Origin: Octopus sinensis
Lineage: Eukaryota
DNA length: 15,498 nt
Direction of reading: 5' to 3'
NCBI RefSeq assembly: GCF_006345805.1
Contig: NW_021825488.1
Location: forward strand, 1 to 15,498
Positions 8,733 through 15,498 of this stretch are shown one piece after another; position 1 is the stretch's first letter; every line of letters starts with the position of its first letter. The translations under genes were made by a program, and so were the position numbers. The notes beneath the pieces are model-generated. The model made no database searches and had not been told where the DNA came from. It saw only the letters and a list, made by a program, of their open reading frames with translations.

Positions 8733-8739
8733 TATATAT

Positions 8740-9031
8740 AAGAGAGAAAGAGAGTAAGAGGGAAGAGGGAAAGAGGGGAGAGAAAAAGAGAAAGAGAGTA
8801 GGAGAGAAGAGGGAAAAAGAGTAGGGGTGAAGAGAAGTAGCAGTGAAGAGAAGTAGGAGTGAAGAGATGTAGGAGTCGAGACAAGAGAGGAGAGTTGGGT
8901 GGGAAAGAGGAGGAGGGAGGGAGAGAGAAGGAGAGTGAGGGAGCAGAGAGAAAGAGCGTAAGACAGAAGAGGGAAAGAGAGTAGGGGTGAAAAGATGTAG
9001 GAGTGAAGAGAAGTAGGAGTCGGGGAGGAGG
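8740..9031. repeat. Polypurine low-complexity tract with recurring GTGAAGAGAAGTAGGA-like units
   Basis: Almost pure A/G on the + strand. It directly follows the GIY-YIG stop codon on the minus strand. Confidence 0.85.
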
Positions 9032-9298
9032 TTAGATGAAGAGGGGAGGAGAGTTGAGCCCAAATGGCGTAAAAGAGCGAAGATAGAAGATTAATCCCCG
9101 TTCACGGCGCAAACGGGAGTCCGGATGGCCTCTGTGCAAGGACAATCCGAACACAGACAGCTGTTGCAAGGAGTTACCGGTGGAGCGGAAATGGCGTGAG
9201 ACCGGGGTGTCATTGCCGAGGCGGATGTCTCGGAGGTGTTCCGCGAACCGGTCAAACAAGCGGCGTCCCGTTTGTCCGATATATGTACATCTGTCCAC
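9032..9298 (-). mobile_element. Penelope-like element fragment: C-terminal GIY-YIG endonuclease
   Basis: YIGQTGRRLFDRFAEH...PVSRHF...R..RE..LIFYL...P.GLN matches the YIG, RF-EH, HF and P-GLN pattern of PLE endonucleases. The GIY half and the RT are missing (5'-truncated). Confidence 0.9.
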
Positions 9299-9383
9299 TT
9301 CTTGCCATATTTTTATCCTTCACTTCCTACACACATACACAGACAGACACACACACACTCACACACACACACACGCACGCACT

Positions 9384-9510
9384 TTGCATAATAAGATAAA
9401 AAAACAAGGCTTTATAGATATTAGAGCATTTATAGATAGAAGCTGCAAGACCTTCTATCTATAAATGCTCTATATCTATAAAGCCTTTTTTAAAAAATCT
9501 TATTACGCAA
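9384..9510. repeat. Short foldback (inverted repeat)
   Basis: 9406-9442 pairs with 9452-9487 (36 bp, one bulged T, 9-nt loop). Outer TAATAAGAT (9389-9397) pairs with ATCTTATTA (9497-9505). Confidence 0.9.
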
Positions 9511-9658
9511 AATATTCTTATATACACACGCTGACATAGAACCAACTTTGAACCCTTTATTCGCAATATTACCGAATCTGGAACTTAACTATGGTCTGTC
9601 TATAGCACTTATTCAGCATTACCTGACACCGTTGGGTCTCAATGACACCATTATCTCT

Positions 9659-10113
<455 letters not shown>

Positions 10114-10267
10114 TAAATTTACCTGCACATTAATGTAAATAAGTGCACATTATATGAGGCTCTGAACCATCGGTGTCTGAAAGCCAGCGTGGCATCTGTA
10201 TTTATTTACATAACCAAGTGCACCAATAGTTATTGGCGTAAATGTAAAATTATAATCAAGGTAATTT

Positions 10268-10480
10268 GTTTCCAAATTTTGGCACAAGGTCGGCAATTCC
10301 AAGGGAGGGAGTAAGTTAATTACATCGACCCCAATGCTCAGCTGGTACTTATTTTATTGATCCCGAAAGGATGAAAGGCAAAGTCGACCCTGGCGGCATT
10401 TGAACTTAGAACGTAGAGTCGGTAGAAATGCTGCCGTGTATTTTGTCCAGTGCAATAACGATTCTGCTAGCTCTCCACTT
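10268..10480 (-). mobile_element. Family M SINE, second copy with a different tail
   Basis: Shares GTCGACTTTGCCTTTCATCCTTTCGGG...AATAAGTACCAG with 2805-3020. 17-bp TSD TATAATCAAGGTAATTT (10251-10267) / TATTATCAAGGCAATTT (10481-10497), 2 mismatches. Confidence 0.85.
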
Positions 10481-10502
10481 TATTATCAAGGCAATTTACT
10501 AT

Positions 10503-10752
10503 CATGTATGTATGTATGTATGTATGTATGTATGTATGTATGTGTTTTCTTGTTCGGAGTTTTGTAAGCTTGTTTTAACTGTCCACCAGTTATATACATA
10601 CATACATACATGCATACATACATACATACATACATACATGCATACATACATACATACATACATACATACATGCATACATACATACATACATACATGCATG
10701 CATGCATGCATACATACATGCATACATACATACATGCATACATACATACATA
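10503..10752. repeat. (TATG)n, ~50-bp unique spacer, (TACA/TGCA)n
   Basis: (TATG)n at 10503-10542 and (TACA)n at 10592-10752 are complementary orientations of the same motif. Confidence 0.95.
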
Positions 10753-11605
10753 CATCATCATCATCATCATCGTTCGACCGTGGTCGAGACAATGGAATTT
10801 ACCATGTTGCGCCAGACTTCACGGTCCATCATAGCATTACGGAGGTCCTGTTGCTGGATGCCTGTATCCCTGGAGATTACATCAGGGTAGGAGAGTGTGC
10901 GCCCTCTGGTGTTGCGAGTAGATGGCTTCCAGAGGAGAAGAGTAGAAATTACTTCTTTTTCAGCTCTACAACAATGTCCAGCAAACTGGACTCTCCTACC
11001 CTTCACAAGAGATGACACAGGTGGTAATTTCCCATATATTTGCATTTTAGTTGGATGGCGCCTCCACGAGAGATTTTGAGCTCTCATAAGGAGGCGAGTG
11101 TAGGTTCCATCCAACCGCCTCTCAAGCTTCTTTGATAACGTCCAGGTTTCTGAGCCATATAGTAGGATTGGTTCGACTGTGGCTTTGAATATTTCAAGTT
11201 TGAAGTCTCTACTTAGATTTGATGACCAGATCTTATGCATGTCATTACAGGCTGACCAGGCCATACCCTTTCTAGTTAGAAAGTCTTTTCCAGATGATGA
11301 TATGTATGACCCAAGATATTTATAATCAGAAACCATATTTAAAGGTGCACTGTTGAGAGTGTGGATGATGCAATCACTGTTGGACAGGCACTTGTTTATG
11401 TATTCAGTTTTGGTCTCATTAAGGTAAAGACCTACACAATTTGAGGCTTGTTCAAGAGATTGTAAAAGAGACTGGGCATTGGAGAGAGAATCACTGATAA
11501 GAGCGATGTCGTCAGCAAAGTCAGTGTCTGTCAAGTACTCAGCTGGGTGTCTGGAACTTCTTCTTGGTTTTATTTCAAAGCCCTTGCCAGAGATGGTATC
11601 AACTG
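10753..11605 (-). mobile_element. 5'-truncated RTE-clade (RTE-X-like) LINE
   Basis: RT motif DFADD, then YKYLGSYI, ILLYGSETW, FAGHC and C-terminal DREVWR. The TGA stop lies inside the (GAT)6 tail (10770-10753), so there is essentially no 3' UTR. Confidence 0.95.
10767..11605 (-). CDS. Partial LINE ORF2 (C-terminal RT and C-terminal domain), ~279 codons without stops or frameshifts
   Basis: Part of ORF-track entry 10767..11957. The MYVC-repeat N-terminus of that ORF is microsatellite and is excluded. Confidence 0.9.
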
Positions 11606-11965
11606 ACATACATACATACATGCATACATACATACATACATACATACATACATACATGCATACATACATACATGCATACATACATACATACATACATACA
11701 TACATACATGCATACATACATGCATACATACATACATACATACATACATACATACATACATGCATACATACATACATGCATACATACATACATACATACA
11801 TACATACATACATGCATACATACATGCATACATACATACATACATACATACATACATGCATACATACATACATACATACATGCATACATACATGCATGCA
11901 TGCATGCATACATACAAACATACATACATTCATACATACATACATACATACGTGCATACATGCAT
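11606..11965. repeat. (TACA)n array with TGCA interruptions
   Basis: Read directly from the sequence; same orientation as 10592-10752. Confidence 0.97.
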
Positions 11966-12802
11966 ACTATATATATGTATATGAATGTATATATATGTGT
12001 GTATATGTACACACACGCGCGCGCACACACACAGACATGTATATGTTCATGTTTGTGCGTGTGTGTGTATATATATATATATGTTTATATTTATATATCC
12101 ATTTGTATGTGTGTATGTTTGTGTGAATCTGTTGTTTTAGAGCGAGTTGCTCATGATAGTAGATTTTGGAAATAATCTCCTTGATCCAGTAAATCCGTAT
12201 CACTGGAACGACACGCCGTAATCCAATGATCCACTGATAAAGAAAATACATCCATCTTCGGACTCACTTATCACAGATACGGGGTAACACAGTACGCTCA
12301 ATTGTTAATCATGTTACTTTTATCGCGGATTGATTATTCATAACACGGGTAGGTGACAAATCAGAGATCCTGCTTGGGTTCCAAAACTATGTCCTCAGCG
12401 ATTATTCACAATGCTCAAGGACATTTTTGGCTTTCGTAATGAAAACCTAATTTTCTCATATGTTCTCATATTCATATATTTTTGATTCATTTAACGCGGT
12501 GTTTCTTTTCTTTTCTTTTTTTTTAGTACTGAACATCTGTTATAGAAGAGGATAGATGTTCCATGTTTCAGCTTGTTTGACAACCGGACGGCGCCCACAG
12601 ACAATTACTAACAGTATAAAAGTAGGTATGGGTGAAATGTGGTAACTAGGACATAAAACACGTATTGAACATTCTGTCGCTCTTTCTTTCTGTCTCTCTT
12701 CTTCCTCATCTCTTCCTCTCTCTGTCTTTCGACACGTATACATGTGAGTGTGCGTCTACGCAATACAGTATATATATATATATCTATATATATATATATA
12801 TA

Positions 12803-13091
12803 TGGAAGCGCAGTGGCTCAGTGGATTCGCGGTCGTAGGATCGCGGTTTCGATTCCCAGATCGGACGTTGTGAGTGTTTATTGAGCGAAAACACCTAAAG
12901 CTCCACGAGGCCCCGGCAGAGGTTGGTGGCGATCCTTGCTGTACAACTTTCTCTCACTCTTTCTTCTGTTGGCCTGCTCGCTTAGCTAGTGAGGTGGCGT
13001 CATTTGGAGGCTGAAACAATGCGAAGCGCATTGTGACCAGCGATATGCTGCAACATCTGATAGCCAGGTCGGTCACGATGATCACGGTGAT
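12803..13091 (+). mobile_element. Family B SINE with tail type 3 (ends ...GGTCGGTCACGATGATCACGGTGAT)
   Basis: B head with an internal deletion in the tRNA-like part (GGCTCAGTGG-ATTCGCGG). Inserted in a (TA)n tract. Confidence 0.88.
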
Positions 13092-13099
13092 ATATATGT

Positions 13100-13276
<177 letters not shown>

Positions 13277-13340
13277 CAGTGAGAAGTAAGGAATATTGAG
13301 TTAGGCAGGTCAGTTCGCTTATACTAACATTTACTTCACT

Positions 13341-13401
13341 ACCCGCCTCCGGTGAGACTAATGCCTTAAACCAGCGCCTTAGACTGCTCGGTCACGCCAC
13401 C
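13341..13401 (-). pseudogene. 3'-truncated tRNA-Leu(AAG) pseudogene
   Basis: Minus strand GGTGGCGTGACCGAGCAGTCTAAGGCGCTGGTTTAAGGCATTAGTCTCACCGGAGGCGGGT matches eukaryotic tRNA-Leu through the D arm, AAG anticodon loop and long variable arm. The T loop (B box) and 3' acceptor strand are absent. Confidence 0.85.
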
Positions 13402-13417
13402 AGATATATTATATGTA

Positions 13418-13913
13418 CAGGCATACCTCTCCCTACGTCATTAATTGGTTCCAGGAGACACGACTTGAGACGAAAAACGACTTAAGTCGAATTAACTAGG
13501 CCAGGCCGAATTTACTTGCCTCTAGGCTAAACCAGTAATAACCATTCCCAGTTCTGTACTTGCCTCTTTTCTTATTGATCTCTGGGGCTTCAGATCTGAT
13601 AAGTGCTGAATTTTGTCCTTATGTACAATTTTCGATACAGTTGTCCGACTCATCCCAAAAGATCGTGCAATTGCTACCAATTTTTCACCTTTTTCATGAC
13701 GTTTTATCATACCCTGCGTTACAGCATGGCGCTTAGCACTTTCACTATGACGTTTATTTTGGAGCCATTTTGGGGGAAAAAAATAAAGTCACAAATAAAT
13801 GGGAATGCAAAAGTAGCCGATAAACAGACGGAAACAAATCTGAATTCAAAACAACGACGGGAATTACGAGTGACAACGACGCCTAACTATTGGAACTACA
13901 GTGCAATATGAGC
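13418..13913 (-). mobile_element. Internally deleted pogo/Tigger DNA transposon
   Basis: TA|CAGGCATACCTC Tigger-type terminus at 13418 plus a transposase N-terminal remnant. The other end is not securely identified (weak candidate near 14522). Confidence 0.8.
13600..13768 (-). pseudogene. Tigger/pogo transposase N-terminal HTH remnant
   Basis: MAPK* followed by a frameshifted ...IKRHEKGEKLVAIARSFGMSRTTVSKIVHKDKI, a CENP-B/psq-type HTH typical of Tigger transposases. Confidence 0.85.
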
Positions 13914-13926
13914 TCTGAAGACCAAT

Positions 13927-14316
13927 GGATGGAAGCACTCCGTCGGTTGCGACGACGAGGGTTCCGGTTGATCCGATCAACGGAACAGCCTGCTCGTGAA
14001 ATTAACGTGTAATGGCTGAGCACTCCACAGACACGTGTACCCTTAACGTAGTTTCTCGGGATATTCATCAGCGTGACACAGAGAGTGACAAGGCCGGCCC
14101 TTTGAAATACAGGTACAACAGAAACAGGAAGTAAGAGTGAGAGAAAGTTTTGGTGAAAGAGTACAGCAGGGATCACCACCATCCCCTGCCGGAGCGTCGT
14201 GGAGCTTTAGGTGTTTTCGCTCAATAAACACTCACAACGTCCGATCTGGGAGTCGAAACCGCAATCCTACGACCGCGAGTCCGCTTGCCCTAACCACTGG
14301 GCCATTGCGCCTCCAC
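13927..14316 (-). mobile_element. Full-length family B SINE with tail type 4 (ends ...ACCGACGGAGTGC)
   Basis: Head GTGGAGGCGCAATGGCCCAGTGGTTAGGGC...GGTTTCGACTCCCAGA. 13-bp TSD TCTGAAGACCAAT (13914-13926) / TCCGAAGACCAAT (14317-14329). Confidence 0.92.
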
Positions 14317-14779
14317 TCCGAAGACCAATAAATAAGACCACACAGCTGATTTTATGAATTCGTTTACTTGGCTACACTACTTTATGGTGCGTATATTTAC
14401 TGTACGTATTTTGGTATGAAAACAGCAGAGAAAGACTGGGCGTTCCCCCTTATAAGACGGAAAAAAATTTTACCAGCAGGCGGCTATAGGAACCGAACCC
14501 TGTACCCCTCAGGTATCGGCTGTGTGCTCTACAGTTAAACTAAACGGCTCTTGGGAGTGCTGGGGGTCTTTTTCCTGTCTTATACGGGGAAATAACCAAT
14601 CTTTCTCTGCTATTACCACTCAGCCAGATGTATGTATGAATACACACACACACACATAGGCGACACAAAATTGACAACCTGTAAATAAATTGGTTCTCTT
14701 TGTTCACACTCTCCATTTTCTTCTCGTTGTTTACGATTTCATGTTTTTTGCACCGTTCGTGACGTCCTGAATCCATATC

Positions 14780-14788
14780 ATTATATAT

Positions 14789-14820
<32 letters not shown>

Positions 14821-14880
14821 ACATACATACATACATTCATACATATATATATATTATATATATATATATATATATGATAT
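14780..14880. repeat. (TA)n/(TACA)n microsatellite
   Basis: Read directly from the sequence. Confidence 0.95.
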
Positions 14881-14979
14881 ATGCTTCAATGTGCTTCAAC
14901 CTCTAAATGTAAAACTGTCTACTAATATTTATGCCCATGTATGCGCATGCGCACACAAATATACACACGTAACACACAG

Positions 14980-15012
<33 letters not shown>

Positions 15013-15018
15013 ATATCA

Positions 15019-15346
15019 GTAGAGCAGTATCGCCGGCGTTGCTCAGGTTTGTAAGGGAAATAACTATAAAGCATTTTTAGAGATTTATAGCAAAAAAATG
15101 GAAAAAATGATGGTAAATTATCCGGTTTGGTGTTTCTGATTCTCGACCCCCATGTCGAATTTATCGTTTTTTTCAGAACTGGGGGAACTTTTCAAAATTT
15201 TCGCTGCGTTAGTTTTGAATTATGACATTGGGCTATGTGTGTGTCAAGTTTCATCAGAATCGGTTGAAAGCTGTGGTCAGGGTGAGGGTACAAGCAAACA
15301 GACACACAGAAACACGCACAGACAAACTGCCGTTTATATATAGAGA
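15019..15346 (-). mobile_element. Non-autonomous Helitron, second subfamily
   Basis: Minus strand A|TCTCTATATATAAACGGCAGTTTGTCTGTG 5' end. The 3' end AAACCTGAGCAACGCCGGCGATACTGCTCTAC|T nearly matches 7166-7197, with a degenerate CTAG. Confidence 0.8.
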
Positions 15347-15498
15347 TATATATATATATATATGTATGTATATATATATATCCTTTACAAAGGTGTATTA
15401 ATTATAATTTATTTGTGTACACAACGACGAACACATACACTCACACACCCACCATATACACACACTTACACACAGACACAGACACACACACCAACACA

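Noticed and set aside
8330-9030. Hammerhead ribozyme expected near the Penelope-like fragment
   Set aside because: No CTGANGA...GAAA core with flanking stems was seen on either strand.
11606-11957. N-terminal MYVC-repeat portion of the 396-aa ORF, and all HTYI/MYVC/IYIY ORFs
   Set aside because: These are stop-free translations of (TACA)n or (TA)n microsatellites, not part of the LINE protein or of real genes.
12141-12250. Exon-like segment with acceptors on both strands (SELLMIVDFGNNLLDPVNPYHWNDTP* on +; VDHWITACRSSDTDLLDQGDYFQNLLS* on -)
   Set aside because: Short, strand-ambiguous, with no recognisable homology or matching donor.

Overview
This is eukaryotic, repeat-saturated DNA. The SINE families and the (TA)n/(TACA)n/(CA)n microsatellite load point to a cephalopod, most likely Octopus (inference). 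I found no prokaryotic features: no CRISPR array, no operon, no rRNA, no intact tRNA. Recognisable content: about ten tRNA-derived SINE copies of several head/body/tail combinations (four with 12-17 bp TSDs); a 5'-truncated RTE-clade LINE with an uninterrupted RT/C-terminal ORF embedded in a (TACA)n array; a Penelope-like GIY-YIG fragment; an internally deleted pogo/Tigger element; a Tc1/mariner MITE; two non-autonomous Helitrons; a near-perfect 250-bp palindromic DNA element; a smaller foldback; a 107-bp minisatellite; and a 3'-truncated tRNA-Leu pseudogene. The non-repetitive parts of 800-5550 carry minus-strand splice signals. These suggest a spliced gene with a triplet-repeat-rich first exon, a possible 3-nt microexon and a signal-peptide-like coding exon; this model is tentative and has competing reading frames. 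The most notable observations are the LINE inside a microsatellite, one SINE head carrying four different tails, and the abundance of long foldback structures. I cannot support a claim of a wholly new biological system from sequence alone.
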